NCBI RefSeq assembly: GCF_001194135.2
Contig: NC_068990.1
Span: forward strand, 73,886,826-73,942,933
Reading direction: 5' to 3'
DNA length: 56,108 nt
Source: Octopus bimaculoides
Lineage: Eukaryota
Positions 26,313 to 39,369 of this stretch are shown piece after piece. Numbering within the stretch: the stretch's first letter is position 1; every line of letters starts with the position of its first letter. The notes beneath the pieces are model-generated. The model had not been told where the DNA came from. It saw only the letters and a program-made list of their open reading frames with translations, and did not search any database. Made by a program: the position numbers and the translations under genes.

Positions 26313-27273
26313 TCTGAGAGACTCTCAGATAGTTCTTAATTTTCAGTTGTTCTTTACTTGAAAGCAGGCAATAACAAATCACCAAAGGTTTCAAATAGTG
26401 CCTTCTCCTGTGACTCAAAGAGACAATACTCTCCTTAGAATGCATGCTGTACCCAACAATGCTGTCTTCTAGATCACTTTGAGCCTGACAGCAGCTCCAA
26501 TATTTTTAATATGGTTTTCAAAGCTCTTGGAAATTGCTCACAATGCTCCAATTACCTTTTCTCTTCCATTTGTGTTGTTGTACCATATCTAGTTCATTGA
26601 TTCTTAAGTGTTTGTGTATCTGAGTTTGGTCTAGTCCTCTAATTTCATTTTCTTTATCTTGTGTGATATTTTTATTCTTAATTAGTTTTCCTCTTTCCAA
26701 GGTTGCTTTGGCACATATTTCTAAGCCAAATTTCATATTTATTTCTTTGGTAAATTCATGCACTGCTTGTAGCAATGTATTCTGTGCTTATCATTTGCAA
26801 CATACAACCAGAAATCATTCAAATACAAGAGATGGTCGATTGTTTTACCATAGCAGTTGTATCCACACCCATTTACCATACCAGTTAAAGTCATCAGTGC
26901 CAGAGAGAAAAGGAATGGAGAGAGCAAGTCTCTTTGGAATATTCCTCTTCTAATGGAGATGGTTTTAGTTTTTATAATTCCCTCTTTTGTCTATAGCCAC
27001 AGAACTATTTGATATACATTACGTTATATAACTTTTATCACTGTTAGTGCTGCCTTGCTCACGACTAGAGTTTCAAAGATTCATGTGTGGCAAATGCTGT
27101 CAACAGTCTTCTGGTAATGATTCTGAGCCATACTGAGACCTTTCTTTTTCTTTTAGCAGTCTTTAATTATGGCTTTGTTGATCAATAACTGACCTCTACA
27201 ACTGTATGAACCTTTGCAGCTTCCCATCTGCTTTTCTGGAACAGGTTGTTTCCTTTTAGAAGTCTTCTCAAAC

Positions 27274-27275
<2 letters not shown>
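26313..27275 (-). mobile_element. Internally deleted R4/Dong element between (TTA)n tracts
   Basis: GQLLINKAIIKDC, LSPFLFSLAL, IDHLLYLNDF, MKFGLEICAKATL, joined directly to VIGAL...KTALLGTACILRRVLSL* and a 3' UTR. Confidence 0.88.
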
Positions 27276-27321
<46 letters not shown>

Positions 27322-27945
27322 GAAACAAAACTCATATTTGGTCTTTTTCCTGGTAGGATTTATGTGGATAGTGGGTTACTACCTGTAACCTTAGGTATCC
27401 ACACGTTTTCAACAGTCTTTCAAGTGCTTAGAACCCTTTTATTTTATTGTCTTTGCACAGTTTCTAATGCTGGAGATGTACTACTAGTGTCCTTGGATAT
27501 TGAGGTCTTTTCTTACAATCCTTGCTGTTCTCAATAGAGCAGATTTCTGAATTAATGCAACTCAAGTAGTTACGCCAATTTCAATAAGGGAACTGTCAAA
27601 TCTGTTGGTGATGGCACCAATGGCACCCATAACAACTGGGATTATGTTTGCAGAAACCATCCACAGTCTTCATATTTTCCTAGCCAAATTCTGGTATTTG
27701 CCTATTTTCTCCTGTTCTTTGACCATTACATTCACATCTGCAGATATAGCCACATCTGTTATTAAGTACTCTTTTTTCTCCTTATCCAGAACGATAATAT
27801 CTGGTTGCCTCGCATGAAGTTCATGATCAGTATGTACATTAAAATCCCAGAAAACCATATACTGGACGTTCACAATTACACTTTCTGGTTGATCTGTGTA
27901 CCATTTTTTGTTTACTTCAAATCCTCTTTGGTTTAATATTCCAGT
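27322..27945 (-). mobile_element. R4/Dong RLE region and 3' UTR
   Basis: KWYTDQPESV...FWDFNVHTDHELHARQPDIIVLDKEKKEYLITDVAISAD...KEQEKIGKYQNL. Confidence 0.9.
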
Positions 27946-27947
27946 AT

Positions 27948-28190
27948 AGGTGCAGATGTGGCTGTGTGGTAAGAAGCTTGCTTCCCAACCACATGGTTCT
28001 GCATTCAGTCCCACTGTGTGGCACCTTGCCACTACATTCTGAGTTCAAATTCCACTGAGTTCAACTTTGCCTTTCATCCTTTCAGGGTTGATGAAAAAAA
28101 TACCAGTCGAGTACTGGGGTCAATGTAATCAACTATCCTCCTCTCCCAATTTCAGACCTTGTACTTATAGTAGAATGGATTATTATCATT
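27948..28190 (+). mobile_element. Chimeric SINE: family A head fused to family B body
   Basis: A head runs to ggcaccttg (about 28029), then B sequence starts at cattctgagttcaaattcc and continues to an (ATT)n tail. Confidence 0.7.
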
Positions 28191-28261
28191 ATCATTTTTA
28201 TCATTATTATTATTAAGGTCATTATTATTATCATTATCAATATTACTATTATTACTATTAC

Positions 28262-28312
<51 letters not shown>

Positions 28313-28342
28313 CATCATCATTATTATTATTATTATTATTAT

Positions 28343-28840
28343 TACAGAGTGAGCGAGTAGTGCATTCCATCAAGGTGACACTGGGGTAAAATATAGGAAT
28401 CCCAGTATACTCATCCTGACTATCCGTCTGATAAGGGGACACCAGGCACATGCATCACAACCATATGTGCGTGACATGGTGATCTCATATCAAGATTAAT
28501 AGTGCATGACCTTGCAGGTGGGACCCAGTTAGAATTTTCTTCAGGTCGAATAGCCCATCCCACTCAAAAGGTCCCTGAATAAAGGTTGTTTAACGATGTT
28601 GAACGAAACACCCATGTTTCCAGAGGGAAATTATTCAAACCACAAAGAGTTCTTCGCAACACATGACTATGATGCTCCCCCACTAACTACTTCTGCTCAT
28701 GATCAGAGATATGGATATCGTCAGCCACTAAGGGACATGCTCAACTGGTTAAGGTCAAATAACTGACAAGCAAATCTGTGATATTGAGCAGAATATTTGT
28801 TGTAGACCATCTTTTATACCAAGACAAAACAATGTCTAAT
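28343..28840. repeat. Unclassified ~500-bp segment between trinucleotide tracts, probably an interspersed repeat
   Basis: Higher GC than its flanks, no ORF, bounded by (ATT)n; no second copy in the window. Confidence 0.4.
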
Positions 28841-29591
28841 CAGTTAAAATGAGAAGCCATGAAAGCCACTGCCTTATTATTATTATTGTTATTATCATTA
28901 ATATCATTATTATTATCATTGGAGGAATTCCAACCATGTTTCATGGTTTGCTACCTCAACAGCTCCCTTATTACTATTATTGTTATTATTATTATGACTA
29001 CTACTACTACTACTACTACTACTGCTGCTGCTGCTGATGATGATGATTATGATGATGATGCTACTACTACTAGTNNNNNNNNNNNNNNNNNNNNNNNNNN
29101 NNNNNNNNNNNNNNNNNNNNNNNNNNNNNNNNNNNNNNNNNNNNNNNNNNNNNNNNNNNNNNNNNNNNNNNNNNNNNNNNNNNNNNNNNNNNNNNNNNNN
29201 NNNNNNNNNNNNNNNNNNNNNNNNNNNNNNNNNNNNNNNNNNNNNNNNNNNNNNNNNNNNNNNNNNNNNNNNNNNNNNNNNNNNNNNNNNNNNNNNNNNN
29301 NNNNNNNNNNNNNNNNNNNNNNNNNNNNNNNNNNNNNNNNNNNNNNNNNNNNNNNNNNNNNNNNNNNNNNNNNNNNNNNNNNNNNNNNNNNNNNNNNNNN
29401 NNNNNNNNNNNNNNNNNNNNNNNNNNNNNNNNNNNNNNNNNNNNNNNNNNNNNNNNNNNNNNNNNNNNNNNNNNNNNNNNNNNNNNNNNNNNNNNNNNNN
29501 NNNNNNNNNNNNNNNNNNNNNNNNNNNNNNNNNNNNNNNNNNNNNNNNNNGTATGTATGTATGTATGTATGTATGTATGTATGTATGTATG

Positions 29592-29622
<31 letters not shown>

Positions 29623-29857
29623 GTATGCATGTATGTATGTATGTATGTATGTATCAAGATCTGTCTAGCTGTCTCTGTCTGTCTATATCTATGTCTATCC
29701 ATATAACCACACACATACATATATACACAGAAACATACACACACACACATACATACATGCATAGGCACACATATATATATACACGTACACAAACATACAT
29801 ATACATAAATAGATATATGCATACAATCCACTTGATATATATATATATGTGTGTGTG

Positions 29858-29914
<57 letters not shown>

Positions 29915-29960
29915 NNNNNNNNNNNNNNNNNNNNNNNNNNNNNNNNNNNNNNNNNNNNNN

Positions 29961-30010
<50 letters not shown>

Positions 30011-30416
30011 GAGACAGAGAGAAACTGTTAGATAGAGAAATATACACGAATATACATATTGAAATCTTTTTTCATTTGCGTGTTTTTTTCCATTTATTTT
30101 AAATAGTAAATATATCAATTTAAAATTGCTCATGTTCATATTGGAGATTAAAATGATATTGCTTCTATGCTTGATTGATGATCTGCAATATTCTGGTAAA
30201 TGCTATCTATCTTTTTTTTTCTTTTTTCATATTTTTTTAGTTTAATATTTGCCATTATCAATGTAAGGAAAGCTAGAAATATTGTCTATGCATTTTTTTT
30301 TATTAATCAACAACTTCATGTTTGTCTACATACGTATATACATGCATATATGCATATGCATATGTATGTATGTATATACATGTATGTATATATATTATAT
30401 ATACACACAAATGTAA

Positions 30417-30516
<100 letters not shown>

Positions 30517-31427
30517 TTATTTATGTGTTTCAGCCAAGTGGCTGCGGTCATGCTGGTGCACCATATATATATACATATATATATACATATATATATATAC
30601 ACATGTATACTAGTGCTTCATTTCATTAAAGTATTTAACTGGGGCACCTAGCATCTAGTTTAATACCAAAGTGAGGCCTAAAGAGAAATCAAAAGGAATT
30701 ATATTTTTTTCTTTTAATTTTGTTTCCACGGGTGTATTCTTCTAGTCTGTGATATATATATTTTATATGGGTCATTTAATATGAATCAAACTTTATCTTG
30801 TTTGTATTTCTGAATTATTTTATTAAAATTATGCTACTGAAACTGTAACATAACAGTATTTGGGTTCTTGGCATAGCATTGAAATAAAATTAAATCAAAT
30901 GAAATGGAATAAGTAAACTGTAGAATTTACGTGGCTATCAAATGAAGCAAAAATGACTGACATGATGCCGAGAAACCATAACCGTGTCTAAGAATACAAA
31001 CAAGAAATATATTTTTAGAGAATTACCTCTTCTCTCTACTAAAAACTCTGCTTTAATTTCTTCACCGGAAAGAATATAATGAATAATTACTCAATTAGGA
31101 AAACATATTCTCTGATATCCAAAACCCAAAATAGAGAAAAAATTTTTTCAAAGAATTGTCTAAGTGAGTAAGTATGTATACTAATAAATATTCATTGCAA
31201 TATGTAAATTCTGTTCTTTTAAATAATTGCTTTAGCCTTATTCGTATATCAACTTACCAGCACTTAAAAGTATGTGGCTTCAGTTTATTTTGGGGGGCAT
31301 TGATTACCTCAATCGTGTTGCCACATTTCTTATAGAAATCACTTATCTATTGTTTTATTCTGTTGCTCTGAAATATCCATAAAAGGAAAAGTTATATTTT
31401 GTTATTCATATTTAGCATGTCAGAGAC

Positions 31428-31645
31428 AGCATGCTGGCAGAATCATTAGCATTACTGGACAAAATGATTAATGGCATTTCTAATGGCTTTTTTGTTCTGA
31501 GCTCAAATTCTGCCAAAGTGAGCTTTGCCACTTTCATCCATTCAGGGTCAAGGAAGTAACTACCAGTTATGCACTGGGGTTGATGTAACTGCCTAGCTCC
31601 CCCACCTCCAAAATAACTCTGGCCTTTTTGCCTACAGTAGAATAG
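31428..31645 (+). mobile_element. SINE family B
   Basis: gctggcagaatcattagca...gagctcaaattctgcc. Confidence 0.8.
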
Positions 31646-32689
31646 GATAGGATATTTAGTATGTCAACTAAGAGAAAGCCTCTGGATAGTCACTCACATT
31701 GCTAGACATGACAGCCAAGTCTTCTTCAATTCATACATACATACAATATAAAAGAAAAAAATAAAGGCAAACCTCAGATACAATATTTGTAAAGAAATAA
31801 CAATATCATGCTCGGGTCATAGATGTCTGCCTTCAAAGCTTTAATGGTGATGTGTTGTTACGAAGTTTGCTTCACAGTCATACAGTTTTAAGTTCATTCC
31901 CACTGCATGATAGCATGTGAAGGTGGCTTCTATCATGCCAATTACTTGACCAATACCTTACCAATGAAGGTGGTAAGCATAAACTGTATGGAAGCCTGCC
32001 ATATATATATATATATATANNNNNNNNNNNNNNNNNNNNNNNNNNNNNNNNNNNNNNNNNNNNNNNNNNNNNNNNNNNNNNNNNNNNNNNNNNNNNNNNN
32101 NNNNNNNNNNNNNNNNNNNNNNNNNNNNNNNNNNNNNNNNNNNNNNNNNNNNNNNNNNNNNNNNNNNNNNNNNNNNNNNNNNNNNNNNNNNNNNNNNNNN
32201 NNNNNNNNNNNNNNNNNNNNNNNNNNNNNNNNNNNNNNNNNNNNNNNNNNNNNNNNNNNNNNNNNNNNNNNNNNNNNNNNNNNNNNNNNNNNNNNNNNNN
32301 NNNNNNNNNNNNNNNNNNNNNNNNNNNNNNNNNNNNNNNNNNNNNNNNNNNNNNNNNNNNNNNNNNNNNNNNNNNNNNNNNNNNNNNNNNNNNNNNNNNN
32401 NNNNNNNNNNNNNNNNNNNNNNNNNNNNNNNNNNNNNNNNNNNNNNNNNNNNNNNNNNNNNNNNNNNNNNNNNNNNNNNNNNNNNNNNNNNNNNNNNNNN
32501 NNNNNNNNNNNNNNNNNNNNNNNNNNNNNNNNNNNNNNNNNNNNNNNNNNNNNNNNNNNNNNNNNNNNNNNNNNNNNNNNNNNNNNNNNNNNNNNNNNNN
32601 NNNNNNNNNNNNNNNNNNNNNNNNNNNNNNNNNNNNNNNNNNNNNNNNNNNNNNNNNNNNNNNNNNNNNNNNNATATATATATATATAT

Positions 32690-32830
32690 ATACATATATA
32701 CGACGGGCTTCTTTCAGTTTCCGTCTACCAAATCCACTCACAAGGCTTTGGTTGGCCCGAGGCTATAGTAGAAGACACTTGCCCAAGGTGCCATGCAGTG
32801 GGCTGAACCCAGAACTATGTAGTTGGTAAG
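32690..32830 (-). mobile_element. SINE family A, 5' half
   Basis: Reverse complement of 1215-1345. Confidence 0.88.
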
Positions 32831-32930
32831 CAGGGACAAGAACACAAATTTTATATATATATATGCATATTTATATACGTATATGTACATACTTACATCT
32901 GAACATATACATATATATATATATGCATAT

Positions 32931-33236
32931 GTGGGCACGGGAAATCATGAAACGTGTACAACAAAAACATATGAAGTATGAGTACATGGAATATGAACTA
33001 TATTTCGAACAATGAAAGACACAAATGGAAAACAAGACAAACAACATAAAGAACGACCCTTCATCAGTTATTGGCTGTTTTTCTACTCTCGTATTTCAAG
33101 CATTTAACAATTACTTTCGCTTTCGATAAAACAGTTGCTCCCACAAAGCAAATTAAATAAAATTTGGGATTTTGCAGAGGGTGGTCAAAATTGGTAACGC
33201 AAACAGGATACTGAAAACAAACAGGAAGCGCTGCTG
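32931..33236. mobile_element. PLE-like short insert between (TA)n tracts
   Basis: TTTCG (33003) and CTTCATCAG (33059-33067) signature; (TA)-rich flanks. Family assignment is inference. Confidence 0.35.
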
Positions 33237-33242
33237 TATATG

Positions 33243-33327
<85 letters not shown>

Positions 33328-33684
33328 CGGGGAGGTTGTAGGTGAGCATATTTGTATGCATATATGAGTTTGTGCTTTCCCTTGTGTGTCTTAGCATGGT
33401 TTGAAACAATGATATAGCATAGAACAATGTAACCATTTAGAATGTGGTATCATTGTTTAAGCCTAGAATGAAAAAAATAAACAAATCCCGAAAGCACAAC
33501 CCATTTTGAAGTTCATCATGAGCTTAGCTAAAAGAATAACAAGTTTACATTAAACAGAGGTTGATGAGAGGAAGAGTATCTAAGTCATAGAATACTGCCT
33601 TCAAAATTTTGTCTAAATCATGCTAACATGGGAAAATTGGATATAAAGAGTTAAAAAAAGGAACCCAAAAGACATAAGTCTAGT

Positions 33685-33905
33685 AAGGCAGTGAGCAGGC
33701 AGAATCACTAGCATGCCAGGTGAAATTCTTAGTGGCATTTTGTCTGTCTTTATGTTCTGGGTTCAAATTCTGCCAGGGTCAACTTTGCCTTTCATCTTTT
33801 TAGACTTGATAAAATAAGTACCAGCTGAGCACTGGAGGCCGATGTAATGGATTCCCCTGCTCCTCCCGAACATGCTGGCCTTATGTCAAAATTTGAAACC
33901 AATAT
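33685..33905 (+). mobile_element. SINE family B
   Basis: aaggcagtgagcaggcagaatcactagc...gggttcaaattctgcc...aaaatttgaaacc. Confidence 0.8.
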
Positions 33906-35179
33906 GTGAGATCACATTATTCAATATGTTCTTTGCTTTCTGAAAATAGGAAATGGTTTCAGGGATATTTGGCTGCTATTTCTAGCATGTGAAAGAACTA
34001 TTTCGAGACTATCTCTCATTAATTTCATTTGTTTATTATTTCCTATCATCTAATTTAGCACAACATTTACATTTGTAGAATCAGAGAATGCAGTGCAATC
34101 AACTAATTCTTACCAAAATTAGCACTGTTCACATTACATGCCTTCCTACTTTCACAAAATATTTATTACCTTTAGTTCTTATCTCATTAACAAGATGTTA
34201 TATATTCTTATTGAAGAAAAGAGACAGTAAACTCATTTGCTTTTGTAGAGGATGTTCTCACATTCAAAGTGCAAATATTGAATATTATACTCAACATTGA
34301 ACCTGTTTTAAGAGGTGCAGAAAATGACAAATGGGTAAAAAATTTCTGGGCTATTAAATTTAAAATATAATTACAGTTTCAATTTTCATTTATTATGAAT
34401 TTGATTTATTTCTTACTGATTACAATTAAATTTAATAAAACAGTTAGTTTGAATAGTAAATTTCATTAACTGGACTAATATGCAGAAAAGTAGAACTGTG
34501 GTCAATGGTTTATTTGTTACAAATCAAGTTATATGCATATNNNNNNNNNNNNNNNNNNNNNNNNNNNNNNNNNNNNNNNNNNNNNNNNNNNNNNNNNNNN
34601 NNNNNNNNNNNNNNNNNNNNNNNNNNNNNNNNNNNNNNNNNNNNNNNNNNNNNNNNNNNNNNNNNNNNNNNNNNNNNNNNNNNNNNNNNNNNNNNNNNNN
34701 NNNNNNNNNNNNNNNNNNNNNNNNNNNNNNNNNNNNNNNNNNNNNNNNNNNNNNNNNNNNNNNNNNNNNNNNNNNNNNNNNNNNNNNNNNNNNNNNNNNN
34801 NNNNNNNNNNNNNNNNNNNNNNNNNNNNNNNNNNNNNNNNNNNNNNNNNNNNNNNNNNNNNNNNNNNNNNNNNNNNNNNNNNNNNNNNNNNNNNNNNNNN
34901 NNNNNNNNNNNNNNNNNNNNNNNNNNNNNNNNNNNNNNNNNNNNNNNNNNNNNNNNNNNNNNNNNNNNNNNNNNNNNNNNNNNNNNNNNNNNNNNNNNNN
35001 NNNNNNNNNNNNNNNNNNNNNNNNNNNNNNNNNNNNNNNNNNNNNNNNNNNNNNNNNNNNNNNNNNNNNNNNTATATATATATATATATACCTATATAAT
35101 ATATACATATATATATATATATATATATGTATAAGTATATATACATATATGTATATGTGTGTGTTTGTGTGTATGTAAA

Positions 35180-35640
35180 TGTATCATCATTGATGCACAA
35201 TGAAAATAATTCTGTCAATGTTGTTCTCGTATGTCGTTCATTGACAGCCATATATATGTTCATTATTTTTAGCAATATTCTTTGTTCATCTGGTAGATGA
35301 ACTTGCAGACTCACTATTGTAGGTGCACTTTCATGAATTGAACATCCTGAAATGGATGCAACTGATTCCGATAATCCAATATACTTACCTATTAGATATT
35401 GACTAATTTTGTCATCATTATTTATTTGAACAGCAGCTTGGTCATTTCCTTTCAGCATGTACTTGATGACGTATTTAACTGACCTCACTGAGGCAATGAC
35501 TTCAACGTTGCTGTAGCATTTGAATGCTTTTAAAGGAATTTCATTATAAGGCACAACCCATTTGTTGTTGTTTGTTTTTCCATGCTTATGAAATTCAACT
35601 CTTCCCATTGCAACTCATCTTTGTCAATAAAGAGTTAGTC
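35180..35640 (-). pseudogene. Helitron Rep/helicase fragment
   Basis: NNKWVVPYNEIPLKAFKCYSNVEVIASVRSVKYVIKYMLKGND...YLIGKYIG...IHESAPTIVSLQVHLPDEQ matches the Helitron WVVPYN...INVE...KYLFKY.YKG.D...VHLP.EQ pattern. Confidence 0.88.
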
Positions 35641-35684
35641 ACTCTGTTTTTCTACTTTTTGATTAAGATGATAAAGATTAATAT

Positions 35685-35848
35685 TTTAAAGTTAAATTTA
35701 ATTGCCAACATAATATGGCTGTCCTGGAAGGGACGTTGTTACTGTTTAATAGCCACAAGAAACATCGATGTTTCTTGTGGCTGATAAACAGTAACAACAA
35801 CCCTCCCAGGACAGCCATATTATGTTGGCAATTAAATTTTACTTTAAA
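35685..35848. repeat. 164-bp near-perfect loopless palindrome (MITE/fold-back-like)
   Basis: 82-nt arms centred between 35766 and 35767 (gaaacatc|gatgtttc), with about 6 mismatched positions. Confidence 0.92.
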
Positions 35849-36237
35849 GAAATGTTACTGTATGTCTCTCTCTTAGAGATTTAGAAAATAATACTATTTC
35901 AATTAATATTTCATTTTAAATAAATTGATAATTTCCCCTTTAAAAGAAAAAAAAATCAGGTATCCATAATTCAAAAAATATCTCATAAAAATATAGGGAG
36001 AATTTCTATCACTTGGAAGTTGTATTAATAATTAATAGAAGAAAAAGTAAGTAAGGAAGAAGGACAGATGCTGGTAGCTATGACAACTCTTTGAGGTGTC
36101 GACATTTTCCGTTTCATTTTCTTTTTTCTTAAAGGGGGAAATTTATTTGTAATCTTTATCATCTTAATCAAATGACAGGAAAGCAGACAAACTTTGCGTT
36201 TTAGTGTAATATAGATATGTCTTGACTTGGATATCAC

Positions 36238-36895
36238 GTCAAGCCAAGTGATATCATAGTCATGGTCACTGCCAGTGTTGCATAACTGGTACCCATGCTG
36301 GTGGCACATAAAAAGCATCCTTCAAACATTGGGCAGTATGCCATGCTTGAAAAGACCTGTCAAGCCAAGTGAAATCGTAGTCATAAGCAATGTCAGTGTT
36401 TTGTAACTGGCCGGTGGCACATAAAGTGTACCTTTCGAACATTGAACCTCACAGAAACTTTTGGCAATATACTATGCTTGACAAGATCTGTCAGGCCAAG
36501 TAAAGTCATAGTCATGGTTGATGCTAGTGTTATATAACTGGTATCCATGTTGGTGGCATCTAAAAGCACCCTTTGAATGTTGGGCCTCACTGAGGCAGTG
36601 ACAAGTGACTCAGATCTTTTGTGATACACTGTGCTTGACAAGACCTGTCAAGCCAAGTGAGATCATAGTCGTGGCTGATGCTGGTGTTACATAATTGGCA
36701 CCCATTCTGGTGGCATGTAAAAAGCACCCACTACACTCTTGGAGCGGCTGGTATTAGGAAGGGCATTCAGCCATTGAACCCATGCCAAATCAGACTGGAA
36801 CCTGGTGGAACTCCTCAGTTTACCAGTTTTCAACCCATGCCAGCATGGAAAATGGACATTAAATGAGGATGATAATAATGATGATGATGATGATA
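36238..36895 (+). mobile_element. Family E element preceded by four degenerate 121-157-bp tandem modules
   Basis: gtcaagccaagtga variants at 36238, 36359, 36490 and 36647; family E tail ending in (GAT)n. Confidence 0.8.
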
Positions 36896-37148
36896 TATTC
36901 ATACATATATATATATAAATATACATACATACATACATACATATATATGTTTCTCCCTCTTTTACTTTTTTCTTGGTGACTTCTTTTTTGTAATATAATA
37001 CTTGGGAAAGAATATATTTGTGGCTGAAGATAGCTTTATACCATCCTGTCTATCAATTATATACCAATATAATGATGCAAGGACTATAAAGCTTGAAACA
37101 CATGTACCGTGGAATCCTTTGTGTTCTGTTTTTATTCTTACGTTTTTA

Positions 37149-37190
<42 letters not shown>

Positions 37191-37772
37191 CATGTATAAT
37201 ATATGCATTGCGGTGAACTGTTTTTAAAAATACACTACTTTACTACTTGCTTATGCCAGTGATTTTTGCTTTATAAATAACCAGTTAACAAAATGTGAAA
37301 AAGAAAATATATATATATGAAAAATGAAATAGTTTCTAATTTAGTGCTATACTTTACTCTAGCAAATCATTCGCTTTCATATTTTTTTTACTAATTCTGT
37401 CAGCATAAATAAGGAAAGAACATTTGATATAGACTGACATCAAATGTCACCCAAGCTTCTTTTGGATGACAGTTTAATTACTAAAGTTAAGAGTCTTACT
37501 TTGCTTTATAACACAGAATTTCAAACATTCAAGATTATTAAAATATGGCATTTCTTCTCATTAAACATGCAGTGAAAATAAATGACAGCGGTTGATATCT
37601 TCAAAATTGTAAATATGAATACGTATACATACATACATACATACATACATGCATATACTCTTTTTAATCTTTTNNNNNNNNNNNNNNNNNNNNNNNNNNN
37701 NNNNNNNNNNNNNNNNNNNNNNNNNNNNNNNNNNNNNNNNNNNNNNNNNNNNNNNNNNNNNNNNNNNNNNNN

Positions 37773-38310
37773 AAACACACCAGCACCAGTTGTCAAGCGA
37801 TGTTGGGGGGGGACAAAAACAGATACACAAACACACTCATATTTATACATATACGACGGGCTTCTTCCAGTTTCCGTCTACCAAATCCACCCACAAGGCT
37901 TTGGTCGGCTTGAGGTTATAGTAGAAGACACTTGCCCAAGGTGCCACGCAGTGGTACTGAACTCGGGACCATGTAAATGGTAAGCAAGCTACTTACCACA
38001 CAGCCACTCCTGTGCCTATATATATTTTATTGTTTTATTTTTTTTTACTTGTTTCAATCATTTGACTGTGGCTATGCAGGGGCACTGCCTTGAAGTGTTT
38101 TAGTCAAATGAATCAACCTCAGGACTTTTATTTTAAGCCTGGTACTTATTCTATCATTCCCTTTTGCTGAACCTCTAAGTTATGGGGATATAAACACACT
38201 AGCACCAGTTATCAAGCAGCAGTGGGGGACAAACAGACAGACACATACACACACAATAGATATATACATAAACATATACAACAGGCTTCTTTCAGTTTCC
38301 TTCTACCAAA
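37773..38310 (-). mobile_element. Two SINE family A copies (about 37773-38015 and 38045-38310)
   Basis: Reverse-complement homology to 1181-1590. Confidence 0.85.
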
Positions 38311-38901
38311 CCACTAAGTCTTGACAGGTGTTCAGACTGTGTCCACACATTAGAATTCATCCAACAACTTATGATTAGGGCCTCAGGCTCAATTCAGAAG
38401 GCCATGTGAAGTTGCTGCAGGCTGTGGTTTATCTCTGGTTGGAGGTGGTTGCAGCTGAAAGGCCACATGTGAGGTAGACGGATTAGGCTTCTTGGTATAC
38501 TTCTGGAAAGGGTCAGAAGTGTTTGTTGGAGAATTTCTATGATTCCCCAGCCCAAATTCCTGGCCTCTCGATCCCCCTGATTGCAATTTCATGGATTACC
38601 ATGTGTGGGGCATGGTTGAGAAAGACACCAACCACTCTGCCTGCAACATCAAGGCTAAGCTAGTGGTCAAGATCAAGGAAGTGTCCAAAGTTCTTTCAAG
38701 GCATATAGTGAGGAAGGAAGGTTCTGGAGCCATCTTGAGGCCATGGTGGATGCTGAGGATAGCTATTTTGAGTAAACTGTTATCTCCCAGCCATAATCTA
38801 GGTGATATTTTCCGATATTTTTAAATACTTTTTCCTTTGGATGGGATATTGTTTTCCTTCCTTCTTATGCAACCTGTCAAATTTAGTCCGAACACTCTGT
38901 A
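38310..38901 (+). mobile_element. maT/DD37D-like Tc1/mariner transposase 3' remnant with right TIR
   Basis: SWPLDPPDCNFMDYHVWGMVEKDTN...FWSHLEAMVDAEDSYFE*; ends in CCGAACACTCTG+TA. Confidence 0.8.
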
Positions 38902-38982
38902 TATGTATGTATATATGCATATATATATATATATGTGTATGTGTGTATGTGTGTGTGCATATGTGTGTGTATATATAGATGT

Positions 38983-39018
<36 letters not shown>

Positions 39019-39369
39019 ACGATTGATAGAATATGTATCCGGCTTAAAAATAAGTACTGGGATCAATTTGTTTGACTAAGCCCTTCAAGGCAATGCCCCA
39101 GCATGGCCACAGTACACTGACTGAAAGAAGTAAGGGATGAAAGATATGGGATATGTGTAGGTGCATAGATGACTGAGTGATTAAGAAGTTTGGTTCCCAA
39201 TCATGTAAGTGTGGAGTTATGGGAGGAGATGACATTTATAAAATGCCATTCAAGGAGACAAAAGGTACTGATTTACTGCATTAATTTAACCATGTATAAT
39301 GGATAGGATAAAGGTCCCTCCCTAATCCTATAGACATGTAGGGCTGGTTTTCTGGTTTTTGTGGCCCAT

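Noticed and set aside
33003-33067. CUGAUGA...CGAAA on the minus strand
   Set aside because: About 50 nt between the motifs without a convincing stem II, and no NUH/stem I arrangement.
36238-36720. Tandem modules considered as a CRISPR-like array or ribozyme multimer
   Set aside because: Units are homologous along their whole length with no unique spacers, there are no cas genes, the context is eukaryotic, and no hammerhead or HDV core was found.
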